From NCBI RefSeq assembly GCF_964204645.1, contig NC_134025.1, positions 24,408,299 to 24,472,298 of the forward strand: DNA of 64,000 nucleotides. Reading direction: 5' to 3'. Below the pieces are notes generated by a model. The model was not told the DNA's origin. It made no database searches and worked only from the letters and a program-made list of their open reading frames with translations. Of the stretch, positions 13,285-26,625 are shown piece after piece. Each line of letters starts with the position of its first letter. Positions within the stretch are counted from its first letter, which is position 1. Made by a program: the position numbers and the translations under genes. Source of the stretch: Tubulanus polymorphus. Its lineage: Eukaryota; Animalia; Nemertea.

Positions 13285-13710
13285 TAGATTTTTTAAGCCA
13301 TAGGTTCGTCAAAGATTCATTGTAAAGAATAGAAGTCTCTTTGCGACTCTGTACATGACTTTTGTAAATAAATACATTGTGCTGCACATGTTTAGCTTGA
13401 TGATCTTGTTATTTCTAATATGTATTAGAATGACCGCCTCGGAAAACTTTTGCAGTACATGTGAATAAACGTAGCCAGTTACATGTGACGAAGATAGCTC
13501 TAGTGAGCGCGAGACCAGCTCTCGCGTCCCAGCAGATCATACGAAAACTACATATTCCACTTTATGAGGCCTTTTTTCTGCTGATCCACTCTAAACGATT
13601 GGAGACCATTGGCCCTCGATCCCGCTGCATTTCTCGCCCCAAGAGACGATCCCAGCGCTATGCAATGCCCATCTGACTGCAAATCAACGGACCACGCTGT
13701 CGCACTAAAA
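13285..13710 (-). pseudogene. Decayed tandem duplicate of the protease terminal exon and 3' UTR
   Basis: Aligns with 14490-14935 (e.g. catttctcgccccaagagacgatcccagcgct, ctgcaaatcaacggaccac, accgcctcggaaaactttt) but carries several small frameshifting deletions. Confidence 0.88.
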
Positions 13711-14764
13711 CTGGAATCCCGGTAAAAGTACCAGAGGAAAAATCATACCATAGGGAAAATGCCAGAGGTAAAATAATTGAATGAATTTTCAATGATGTTT
13801 ACAAGCTAGTTAGTTGTGATTCATGATATAAAATCAACAATGAAATAACTATTTCGGCAAGATATGACACTAGTTTGTTATCATATATTGAATCAAGTTT
13901 CGTTGAAAGCATTAGATTAAAATGATGTTTTTGTTGATATGATTTTGAATATGGATAAACGGACATCGTGCATGTTTCCTCCTGGCATTTTTACCTGTAT
14001 TCAGCAAAATACATAAAATGCATAGGACTTGCTGGTAGCCTTTATTCAAACAACTGCCTGATTATATTCCCCCAGTTGGTTGATGCTACGAGCAATCATC
14101 TCAACCTGAATCATGTTATCAGTGTTTAAGGGCCGTAGCAAGGAGTAAAATGGTCTAGCGGCCATGGGATCAGATAGACGCCTTAATTAGAGAAAAAAAC
14201 TAATATAATTAATAAATTTGACATTTTTATTTAAAAATCATAATTTTCTGATTGGTTTGGACCAACAAGATTTTTTTTCGCTGCGAGTTTCGAATGCGCC
14301 ATCCTCTATGCATGTGCAAATCTAATCTAAATCGAATGTGTGAATATTTACATTCTGATACGCGTATTCATGCAGTTACAGAATTCATACAAACACAGTT
14401 TAGGCGGACATTGAACAATACATATTTAACATAACTTAAAGAAACTTTGACCCATGCTGCCTTGTTTCTCAGAGGAGAAGAAGGTATACAATTTTTTAGC
14501 CATGGTCCTGTTGTCGTCAAAGATTTATTGTAAAAAATAGTTGTTGTCTTTTTGTGACTCTGTACATGATTTTTCAGAATATATATTTATGTATATACAT
14601 TGTGCTGCATTTAATAAGCTCGATGATCTCGTTATTTCTGATTTTCAAATTACCGCCTCGGAAAACTTTTGAGGTATAAACGTAGTCATTACATGTAAAT
14701 GTAGATGGCTCTACATGTAGTGAGCATGAGACCAGCTCTCGCGTTCTAGCGGTGCATTCGAAAA

Positions 14765-17700
14765 CTATTCTGCCTTAATTTCTGCGGATATCCAGTCTGT
14801 AAACGATTGAACTTTAGTAAAGACCATTGGCCTCTCGATCCCGCCGCATTTCTCGCCCCAAGAGACGATCCCAGCGCTTATCCAATGCCCATCTGGCTGT
14901 CTGCAAATCAACGGACCACCGCTGTCGCCCTGAAAATGAAACGGTGTCTTTATTAAGCAGCTGTCACTGATGACAGAAATCCAGGTAAATTTCATGGCTC
15001 AAGAGGTAAAATGTACCGCGATGCTGAAGTGAATCTACATAAGATAACGTTAACACCGGCTGCCAGGTACCCGACAAGGGCGGATCTATGATTCTTCGAA
15101 GAAGTGAACGAATGGTCATTTTATCTAAGGGCAGATTTGGCAATGCGATGGCTGAAAGATGCACCCGCATTGGTGAGGGTCCCTCCCAAGGAAAAATTTA
15201 GGCTTCTCTAGGCTTTATCGGGACCCATTTGGCTTGATTCCTCATCTTTCTCAAATTTTGCAAAAGTCCAGACAGTTTGGAGGGCACATTCGAATTTGGA
15301 GGAGAAAACCATCCAATCCCCCTTGCCCTATCAATCGGGACACAGAGCACCATCACAAGAACCATGGAACATTATAGTCCACGGCAGAACCCAGTTCCAG
15401 CGATTTTAGTCCATATGAGGTGTCAATGGGAGTACGAACATACCACCCGCTACTACATTTGTACATGCATGTATTTCAGATATTAACCGTTGAACCCAGA
15501 CTGCATAGATAAGAACGTTATCCCCATATCCCGATGGTAATCGCTCATGGCCATTATGAATTTCCGTATAACCTTGGGGTTCATCAAGAAAATGCTGGTA
15601 CGTAAGTCTGAATATGAATATTACGACACTAGTTATTTCCTGAATTCAAATGCCACCCGTCACTCCTCAAAATAGAATAAGTAATTCTACGGATATTTGA
15701 CAAGACGATGAAATAAATCAGCGGGGAGGTTACCACGTGTCATTTTCATGACATTTCAGAAATGCGTCAGCTTCTCTTGACGATGAACATGGTTGTTTGT
15801 GACAAATGTAATTGGATATTCTCGCTATCACATGTAGGCCTATATATAGGATAATGTGGAACAAACACCCACTTTTTACCAACATTTCGAATATACGTAG
15901 GCTATTCGACTACACATACGTACATGACAGATTCCCTGTTGTTTTCCGTTAGATCCTATGGCGCAAACGGTTGTCTCTGGGAAGTTTGCCCACGACACTC
16001 GACGTGGAAAACCACGAAATTTCTCGTAGTAAGTTTCATACTTCGCTCGACATGCTTTCGAGTTTAGAAGTTCGACATTCACGTGTTGCGAATTGGCTGG
16101 AAATGCTGCAACAAACCAACGAAAAAGAATATTCAGATCTTATATAGATACATAGCTTTTTTCATTTGATTTTATTTCCGAAAAAAATTTCATTGAATTA
16201 TATCTTCTCGGCATTTAAAAAAAAATTAATTTTGGGTATAGCTTACCTGCTAGGCCAGCTTTCGGTTTATCAGTTATTTTACCCCACCCAGCTACGATAC
16301 AATGCTGCCCGTCTTTGAGGATCAAATCTTCAGGCGGCAAACAAGCCGGGTTGACGTAGTCAGTCAAAGGGACCGGTTCCTTGAGACGAATTAACGCGAT
16401 ATCGTTGTACAATCGCATCTGTCCATTAAACCAATCTACAAGCACGAATGATATACAACCTATTTCAAAAACATCTTATCAACACAATACATACGGTCGA
16501 TCTGTTTTCCAATTCTTCGCCAATTAATCGTGGCCAATGTCCAGATGAGACTCCCATCGTGTGCGTATGTGCGTCTATGTGAGGCATTTCATTTTGATAA
16601 TATGTAATTGATATCCATCTGTCTCGTTACTTCCTTGGCCTTTGCTTTTCAGAAAATATCATTCACAAGACGTTATTGGAGAGCCGTTAACGCTCTGCCG
16701 TAGAGATACAATAAAACGTAGCAACGGCTACAATAAGGTAAGTGAAATAGGAGCTTTATCTTCACCGAAATATTATTTCCTGGTTATGAATGATGATGTT
16801 ATTACCTATTTCACCGACGTAACTTGGATGCAGGATAAGCTTATCGATAGCAATCTCCAATTCCGTTCCTTGATGCAGTTCAAAATTAGATTCACCCAAA
16901 ACCACTTTATATTCTTCGGGTCCGCATGGTCTGAATTTTCCCGGATATCTACGTAAAACTATATATGTTATAGTAAAACTATACTTTTGAACTCATTTAA
17001 AGACACGCTCCGCAATAATCGCGATCCGGCATTGACAGTTGTAGAATCCGATTGATGATTTAGAATAAATAGATATAGTTTTCAGATATCTGGTCATTTA
17101 ATTACTTAAAGATTGAATTTCGTCATGACTTAAAGATTGAATTTCCTTTTAATGTTCCCACGATTTTTTCAATACTATCTTCACAAACAGGCACCGGAGT
17201 GCGGTTTTTTACTAACTTGAAACAATGGGCTGCGGTGAGAACGTATTGCGGGTGAATCAAAGTGCCTCCACACGCATTTATCAATTTCTTTTCTCGATCG
17301 CATGTATTTTTTGGCGTCCTCTGTATTGATACCAGCCACGGCCATTCGCCATGAATGTTGCCAATGCCGTTGATGATTCTTTTTACTCTACCCGGACGGT
17401 TCTGTTTCCTCAACCCACATTTAGTGTTGATACCTGACACATTAGATATAAGTTATAAATTCAATTTTTTTATATTAGAAGTTTTTTCGATATCTAATTC
17501 TAATAGTGTGTCGATATCATCCACCAAAGCAATTATCATATTAAAACGAGCTTACCTCCGCCGGTTCCTGAAAAGGTAAATATATTCGTTGTATTGATTG
17601 TATGAATATACACGATAATCACATAAACGACGCGTTTCAACCTGGTTAAAACCTGGCACGAAAGAAATTCCATGAACACCTTGAAACCTCAATGCTCAAG

Positions 17701-20700
17701 TGACCTGGCTATATAGTAGACTGATATATTCTCAACTTTTTCAAAGATGATAAGCAAAACCCACAGATGATGATTCAAAATTTTATTCTATATGAATCGG
17801 AGTGATTTGGTCTACATTGCCGCGGTACCGTATACTCCACGTCTGGGATCAGATTTTAAAATGAGTATTATTTAGTTTCAGAATTCGATACGTTCTCACA
17901 GACAAGGCTGAAATGTCGTCACCTTGGTTTATCTTCCTATTTTACTCAATTGGGAAGTCAAATGAATTATTAAACACCCTATATTCATCTCAATCGTCTC
18001 AGATGATAACATCAAGACGCGTTGGAATAGAATGAAGAAAACGGTGTGCTTCTTGGCATTTATAGGATCGCCATTTGGACCTGCGACGTGCGATAAAAAT
18101 ACAGGTCAAGTTAACGATCTTATGCGGTTAACCGAGCCTAAGTGACCCAAACCGAACCTACTCAAAATAGCTGAGTTGGCACTGATTAAGGGTCGTTTTG
18201 CATATCCGATGTCAGTCAATGACGATTTTCTTTTCATTATGCCGCGGTAACTCAGTGTACGTATCTTTTAACTTCTGAGAAGAACGTGCCTACCTCTTTC
18301 CCATCTTTGTTATTCGTTTGAAAATTTTAAAACGCATATGAAATACTATATACAGTACAAAAAAATATTTTCTTCCAAAGACGGAATAGACCAGAGATAC
18401 GTCATTTCCCTCATAACGCGCTTATAGGCGAATCCGAAAATATCTGTCTATGGAGGCTAGTTTTTACATACGTTATACATCCGATATATTTTTAGATTAT
18501 CAATTCCGCAAAGAAATATGAACGAATAGATATCCGATTTTCCGTCTGGAGCGGGGGAGGGGGAAATTATTTTTCCTGGTTATTAGAAATAAATAACAGA
18601 AACCTTTTAACAATGGATGCTGATAACAAATGTTTTCTTTTAGATCGCGTGAGGTCGTCATTCATGTTAAACCTGCAGACATGAACGACAAAGCTTTTCA
18701 ACTCATTCTATCGTTTCACATTTTTTGATCGCCAATGTATATAGTCTAAGATATTTCTCTAAAGATGTGAATTATCGAGAAAAAAAACGTTACATTATTA
18801 TATTTTTGACACGCTTTCATTACTGAACGGAAAATGTAAGAAATAAGACCAGAATTCATTTTTTGAAAATAATGATTTCAATGCAGGGAATATCATCTAA
18901 AAGTATCATTTTCTTTAAAGATATTCCGGTGGAGGAAGGCGTCGGACAAAAACGTTTTTATTTTCATTTAAGGTGCGCCCTCGATTTTCTTGATACGCCC
19001 GTGAAATATTAGTTTTTCGTTAATTTTACTTACCGCAACCTAGGAAATCTAATTTTAAGCTTAAACCAGATGGACGCCCAGTTGGATGAATACGAATGCA
19101 AGATGCCCTGATTGGATGTGGGAAGATTGTCTTTCCGCCCGAACTCGACGATACGCGCATCACCTAAGTATTAGTTAACAAAACAATCAATATTAATAAT
19201 TAATCTAATATCTTGTTGTATCAGGGTTACTTAATCGAGCCTCTTGATTTCATTCGAAAAAAAACAACCTACGCTCGGTTTGATTTTCTGTGAATCGTGC
19301 AGGTACTCGAAATTCACGCAGTTTCTACTGTACGACACGGTAAATGATTTTACACCTGTCCCTCTGTATTTCCAAAAAATCAACCCAGTCAGGATTTTCT
19401 CCGTTGGAAAATGTACTTGTAGCCACGGGTTGTTACTCGTCTTAGCTGGCACCCAAGAAGACGAACTGCTAGAGCGGGCGTCGTGCGGCGCGTGGCTGTC
19501 GTCCAGTCCCGAGTCTGAGGCGGTGAAAGCACTGTTTGGATATGCTAAAGTACTGCTCGTATTAATGATCGTATTTTGGCATTTGCGAACATCTGGAAAA
19601 CGATTAAGTCGGATTTAGCGAAAACACCGTGGGACGCAAAGTAGAGGTGACCGCGTAGAGGTGTTTGGTGTTATTCAGTGGCGTTTTGTTCATTTTTGTG
19701 CAGACTATTTTTGAGTCAAGTGGGAATTAGGCAAACAATTAACGCGCTTGGCAGCATTCCTTACCGCATCTTCCTTGAAAGAGACTCTTGAATAACGCCA
19801 AGCGCTTTGCACCCACGCACGTACGCAAAGTTCAAATGATCAATTTGTTAAGACGATTAGAAATGTAATCTCTCCATTATTTTATCTATCCATTCATCCA
19901 ATCAATCCGATGTAATTCTTACATTTGAAAATGCATTCTTGTTTCGTCTTTTTAATTTTTTCTATGATTTTATAGCATGATACTTACCGCAACCGAGAAG
20001 TTGAATTTTCATTTGTGGCTGATTATGAAAGTTATCGGCTTTTATAATGATACACTCATTGACGAGAACTCGATGGAAAAAATTTATAGATGGATTTCTT
20101 GCATCGGTATTGCCAACCATTTTCTAAAATAGAACCGAACGAGAATATGAATTTATGCTATATATATACTTTATTTTTCTTTTCATTTATAATGTATTAC
20201 TTATTTCATAGGATCGGCTTTTGATGGAAACGCTGAATCAATGCGTCCTCACAAATCAAGTTGGCCTGCGTGGTGACAAATTCGTTTTAAGCCCATCATA
20301 GAAATTGCATTTTTCATAAGTAGATCGTGGTGTACTGTTTCGTTACTTTAGCAGTGTTGGCAATTCCTGTTATGGCGACGTCGAAAGTTGATATCACGGA
20401 TGAAAGAAGTTTCAGCGGAATATTTTAACGCATCCGTCATCGCGACGCATTTGTCACCGCGAAACGAGATTAAAACATCCCGTTCAGCGGCTAACGTTAC
20501 GTGTTTGTGACAAAGAACTAAAATGACTTCAGACGAGATACTTCTATTTTTAACGCTCTAGATTTTGGATTACTCGCTCGCAGAACAACAAGTCGAATGC
20601 CCTCCATCTTAGGTCAAATACAATGTATTATGATTTTGTTTCATTTGATTTTCGTATCTAATATATAAAGGGTCAATCTAGTTGTTTTTACAAGTATTTA

Positions 20701-22431
20701 CCTCACGGGAATCTCCTTTTTCATAAATTCCATCCATTGTATTACAACCTCCATGCCATACGTAATACGATTCGACCCAAGTTTCATTTCTAGGAATACC
20801 CCTCGCCACGACACCAGTTACCATCCAGTGTGTTCCATACAGATCCACCTGAAATGTATACATACGATGGTTGAGTTGTTACAAAAAAAAACATCTTTTC
20901 ATTTTGAAGCAAACAAACAAAACTGTTTCACTCTACAAATCTAAAACAGTTTCATTTCACTCTGGATGCAATAGTTCATGTAGGGTGTTACTATTTGGCA
21001 GTAATCGAATTCCGGGCGAATCTGCCCTTTGTTTTACCCCTAACTATTCTGTGACTGGAGAATGCCAAGGGCGTATCATCTTGTCGAGTAACCAGTAAAC
21101 ATGTTTACAAAAATTCCAGACTCCAAGGATCATGACTTTAATATCAAAGAAATCCCCGTCCTAAAATAGCTGCTAGATATCAGTGACACGTGACAGTAAT
21201 AGTCGGCTGAGGAACGGTTTGAAAGTAAAGGAGCGTGGGATTATGAGTGGGAAGATATGAATTCTTGTTTCGAAAGTCGAGCGAATATACGTTGAAGAAA
21301 CATATATTCAAATAGTTGATCTTGATTCATGAAAATACGTGTTATTTGGTTATTTGAGACTGATTCAGAATACAGGATGGAAATCTAATTCAGTAATGAT
21401 GTGTTACATCAAACTGTGATACTACATCACGGGGCGTTTTGAAGAGTTAAGGTCGTCTCGACGGAGATAAGAACGTTTGACCTGACTGTGACATTTGAAA
21501 ACGTGGGTTGTATCGTTTTTACCGTCTCGTTTAAAGAGATATCATATCACACCTTGCCGTCTAATTTTGACGGTTCAAGGTTGAGGAAGAAGTGTTGAAT
21601 TACCCCCTCCCCCACCCCCAATAGGAGAACCGTGCGCCTATTATAGCAAGATCTATGCATGCAGCTTATCTTCTGACTGGCTGGTGTCTGACAAGTGTTA
21701 AATCTACCATATGGTATTGTCGAATGCAGAATCACGTAATCCGTAAAACCCATTCTGCTCTCAGATTTTTAAAACGGAATTTTTTCTCTAAAGTGACAAA
21801 TCCCAATGACATTATGAATAAGAAGCATCCGCAAAAATGTGTCTGTGGAGATTTTTTTTGATAGAAGAAGAAATAAATTTAAAAAAAATTGAAACTGGAA
21901 ATATTCTCAAAGTTGTTACATGTATTTGTTTTCAGTTAAGAGCCTGGATTGTAAAACTTACTTTAACAATTCCATTTTCATCCGTATTGTAGAATCCGGG
22001 TAATCTTTCATGACAGTTTGGTAATGCTTAATAAATGAAAAAAAAGAAAAAAATGATTACATATCTAATATCGGGAGATATACGTAGAAACTTCACGATT
22101 ATTCGACTGATTTGGAAACCCTGATGTATATTTATATCTAAATCAAATTGATTTTGAAAGATGCATCATTAGCAAATTCTAAAAAAAACTAAACTAATAT
22201 TCACGTTACCTTTGCATATCGCAAATGACCCCTGAAGGAGAAAATCGGAGATGATTATCATTGGATTAAAGCAAAACAATTTTTCCCGACGAATTCTAAG
22301 AGAAAGTTTAATCAACTTACCAAAAGCAAAATGTTAAAGAAGGCGTGGATGAATATATGTCGGTGCAGCTTCCTAATAATAATTTGTAATAAGATAGTAG
22401 AAAGTGTCTTTATGCAATTTACGTAGATCAT
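14765..22431 (-). CDS. Secreted S1A serine protease with two N-terminal F5/8 type C (discoidin) domains, about 612 aa
   Basis: In-frame model: 22431-22321, 22231-22210, 22026-21962, 20848-20702, 20123-19988, 19592-19273, 19163-19034, 17567-17556, 17433-17217, 16948-16806, 16435-16247, 16105-15924, 14929-14765. Catalytic motifs LTAAHC, NDIALIRL, GDSGGP; activation site RVKR/IING; discoidin motifs VDLYGTHWMVTGVVARG..WVESY..IQLLGC and NPWLQVHF..LTGL..VKSFTVSYS..LDFLGC. Start codon and first exons are less certain than the rest. Confidence 0.88.
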
Positions 22432-25400
22432 GAAACAATAGATACATCGTGCTTGGTGCATATTTTGATCCAGGTTTTAACGTTCATTTGGTTCGTATAT
22501 TGTAGACGTTATTGTGGAGATTTGATAGCGACATGTAAAACGACTACCCAAAACTATCATCTGATAATGGGAAATATATGGCTTTCTTAAGGTCACATGG
22601 TATTCTAACTTGGAACGAAGAAGGTTAGTTTATTTTCACAATTGAATTATGCGCCAAACAGGATTTTCTCTGTCACTTACACAAATCAGTTGATATTTAC
22701 CCTTTGATTTGTGTGCAAATAGATAAAACCTCCAGCATGTACGAACTGATCTTTTAAACGTTTCACACCAGACATATGGTAAATATGCAAAACCTTTTTA
22801 TTTCGTTTTGAGAGACTCTTGGTGAAATGGGTTGCGTTTCCGTATGTGTACTCTACTTATATGTACATAAAATCGACATACATGATTGTTGAGAATCAGC
22901 GCAAAAATGAAAGATTTCATCATTTACATTTTATTATTAGTTGCAAAAAAGAATTCTCTGCGAACGAGTAGGCAACGTTTTACTTTAAAGGTTAGATACA
23001 TTCGCTTTTCTTTAAAAAGTAGACTAGACGGTTTGGAATGTCAGGAAAACTTTTTTCAAAATCATCACTCCCATCAGTTTTTTTTGTGGTTTATGAAACC
23101 AAATTATTAGTACATATACTAATCGTTTTGCGGTTTGCCGAAAATTAAGCCTATTGTTTCTAACCATCGACAAGCCCCGGTCAAGGAAAAGCTGTTTTTA
23201 TACACTATGGTTCAACAACCATGGCCCAATTATAACGTAAAAACTATCGTGAGATGAAAATTCGTTCTAACTATTTTCTTTTCAAAACTTACGAAAATCC
23301 GACCATCTTATATACGTGGTGCGTTAAACGGTTCTAGTCCGACCGAAGCTCTTGCGTATCTATAGTAGGTTTATTATAGTATGTGTGAATGAGACCCCAA
23401 TGACACATTTAATATTATGTAGTACTTGCATTTATTACACACCACGTGTTTATGTGTTTACGAAGTGTACTACGTGTGTACCAAATCGGGATGCCTTCAA
23501 CTGGGATGAGGGTATCAATTATCATAGTAATTATACCCTGATTATTTCATCGTCTAATAAGTACTTATGTTAGTGTGTCATTTTAAGCATATTATGATAT
23601 TCGTGACCAAACAAGGAGACAAAATGTTGAAGCCAGCCCAGCAACGCACGTTTTCGTTGGCCGCCTACACAAATTTCGACGTACACACACGCGCTCGGAT
23701 GTAAGTTGAAGTAGTCATTTAAAATTATTGGAAACGAGCACGCACGTCAGAAATGACGCTATTAAATGATTAAATATTAAAAGAATATCGGATTGTCTGG
23801 AAATATTTGTACGAAGCCCACGTGTTTGGACGGATATTACCGAAGCGCCTTTCGAATATTTCATTCGGAGTGGCCGGGTGCGCTCCCCCAATATAAATAT
23901 TGCGACGTAAAACTTTCCTGGAATTAGCTCTCGAAACTCGCAAAGATGTGGGTACAACGAGTCAATATTGAACCCGTCAGCGGACGCTCGCCGATAATCG
24001 CCCTGTCGTCGTGGTCGACGTCAGAATAGGGGATATCATTTTCAGGGTTACTGCAGACATTTAGCGCCCACACGTTCTAGTCCACTTCATTCATCGGGTA
24101 GTAACGGTAGTAACGTCCGTAACGGTTGGGATAAAGATATAGGCGAAGTCGATACATTGTCTTATACTCCACTTGATTTCTGATTTCACACTTACACACA
24201 TCATCGTGAGCACGATTATGTATGACGTATGCCGTACTTTTGCAGTAAACATATATGGAATTTGTGACGATGAAATAAACACATCAGGCGAGTGTTTGCT
24301 TGTAATTCGTAATAACTAACACCGGGAAATGTATAAACGTTAGTCCATTAGGCAGTTACTTTAATCATCCGTCAGTTGGAGAAGTATATAAATCACCACT
24401 TGGCTTCAGTTTTTTTTCGGTACGCATGGATAATTGCCTCATCTGTAATCCCATTTCAAATAACTGCCCTGATTGCGAGAAATAAAAACTAACGCTGTTG
24501 ACTTTGTAAACGCAAACGGGCGTAGGTTTGACACGTTTTTCCAAGCCGGAAATGAAAACATAATTTAAGTGTCGAGAAGGTGTCGTAATTGTGACATCTT
24601 TGTCTACGGAAAAAGATTGATCAGACGGCTCGAAATAATCTTAAAGAACAATTTTTAATTCTCACGTGCAGGATTGATATCTGTGACTCCGCCAACTATG
24701 TGCATCTGAAACCAAATGACTTAATTTTAGCACCATAGAACAGACTTAGTGGTAGCGCAGACGCGATTTATCGTGACCAGCCAATGACAAATTCAGCATT
24801 AGCCACGGCATAATCTCCCAGCGTAATCCGGTGGCCAGTCGCGAAAAACTTTCCATCCAACTCTTGTAATGATGATGCTAATCCCGTAGATAAGTAGAAC
24901 ATGCATTGTTTATTGGCGTTAGGACCGTTGATTTCATCAACGTCAATTACATCCGCCTACCTTGGTCTAATAATAACTGAATTGAATTGAATTGAAGATA
25001 CATTCTTCCTCTCGTGTCCGTCCTTATCTTCCTCTTTGAAAGTTTCACCAAGTGACGTCACTATCTTCATTGTTTAAAAACATCTCACATTTATAAGTGT
25101 TATTGGGATCTTCGAACAATTTACGATATAGAAATATTTCATTTGAATGCGGATTCGATTTTTCATGTCAGATTCCGAAACCTTTTTCTTGCTTAGTATT
25201 ACAGCAGCCAGTCCCCCCGGATCGAGTCGCATTAAAGTACAGCTTACTTTATCATATATCCAACCTCATAATAGCGAGCTAATTATAAATTCAAAATGTA
25301 CACACATTGATCTCAGTTTGTAAAAGTCCACACTATGTTCAACGGAAATGAATTATCCAAGACGATCAGAACGTTCATATAACATGTTAGCCCACGATTA

Positions 25401-26514
25401 GTACCGTTGTATAGTGTAATGAGTTTATTTACCACACATCATTATTAACCGATAATCTGCTGTTTGTGCATTGAAATATTAAAGAGACGTGTGAATATTC
25501 AATAGTACCGGTATATGGTCCACTCACGTAACAGGCCTACAACATATTCAAAGTTGCATTTTTTCCTAGGATTTGTAGAAAAAGCCTTTTTAAAGTGTCC
25601 AGGCACCATGTTCGGTACCCACTAGGTCCTGGTTGTAATAACACCGTTATTGATTTTCAGATTGATTATTGAATCGAAATGAACTTAGCGTCTATTATTT
25701 TTACAAAATATTTACAAAGAAAGCAGTTATAACTAAAATAGAATTGGCCCCAGACATGAAATAAACTTTTAAAATCGTTGCAGATTTCGTAGGAATCAGC
25801 CTCAGAAAACACAACAGCGGGTTCAACTCGCTATAACTTTTTCCCGGAGGACAAACCGTTCCTATCAGCTGTCAAGATGAAATTCGCATGAGCAGTTGAT
25901 TTGATAAGTCGATATTGTTAGAATTTTTGGTTTGTGTTGGTGTTACTTCTATGGCATCTATGACATTTCGCTGGCGAAAACAAATACTGTCAAGTCTATT
26001 GTCAGCGTTATAAAAGCGGTACTATTCTTGTAGTTAGCTTTTTATCCGTAGAATTGCGAGGGCAGTTCAGATATATCTCCTCACGTGGACAGATTATCTA
26101 TTATGCTTATCATTCAGAATGCGGCGTTAAGTTTGACCGCGATAATCCTACACGGCCGGTTTGGATAAATATCCCGTTAATTCGTCGCAATGAAAACGGA
26201 TATAGTTTTAAGATATTCTCTCTTGATATGTATTGACTTTTCATCGGCACGAACGATGCATGAATTGAATTAAGCCCACACTACCCACACGAGCGAAAAT
26301 TTCGCAAAGTTCGCACGCATTTGGTACGAAATTTACGTGCCATCATCCAGTGGTGAAAAATGCGCCCGACATAGGTGTAGCGATGCGATAGGCGTGTATG
26401 CATCATATTCAAAACATTTCGAAAACATTTTGACCATGTCCAACAATTCATCCCACCCGGTATGGTGTCACGAGTAACTAGTCAGATTTGGTCGTTATGC
26501 GTGGTGGTAAGTAA

Positions 26515-26625
26515 GCTGGGCGTTTGGGCGAGCGGTTAAGTCCAACGGCATACGGCACTGAGAAACGCTTAGGGTCTTCGGTTTCTAGAGTCAAGTCCGG
26601 TTTCAAATCCCGGTTTTCCTGGTGA
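26515..26625 (+). mobile_element. tRNA-derived SINE head or degenerate tRNA pseudogene
   Basis: A-box-like tgggcgagcggttaag (about 26525-26540) and B-box-like ggtttcaaatccc (about 26599-26611); no clean cloverleaf could be folded. Confidence 0.45.

Noticed and set aside
23700-24300. GC-richer block with short ORFs on both strands (e.g. MYRLRLYLYPNRYGRYYRYY)
   Set aside because: All frames are interrupted by stops and no recognisable domain or consistent splice model emerged.
24955-25075. Short minus ORF MKIVTSLGETFKEED.. around a perfect CRE palindrome agtgacgtcact
   Set aside because: No downstream exon found; a single CRE and scattered half-sites are expected by chance over 22 kb.
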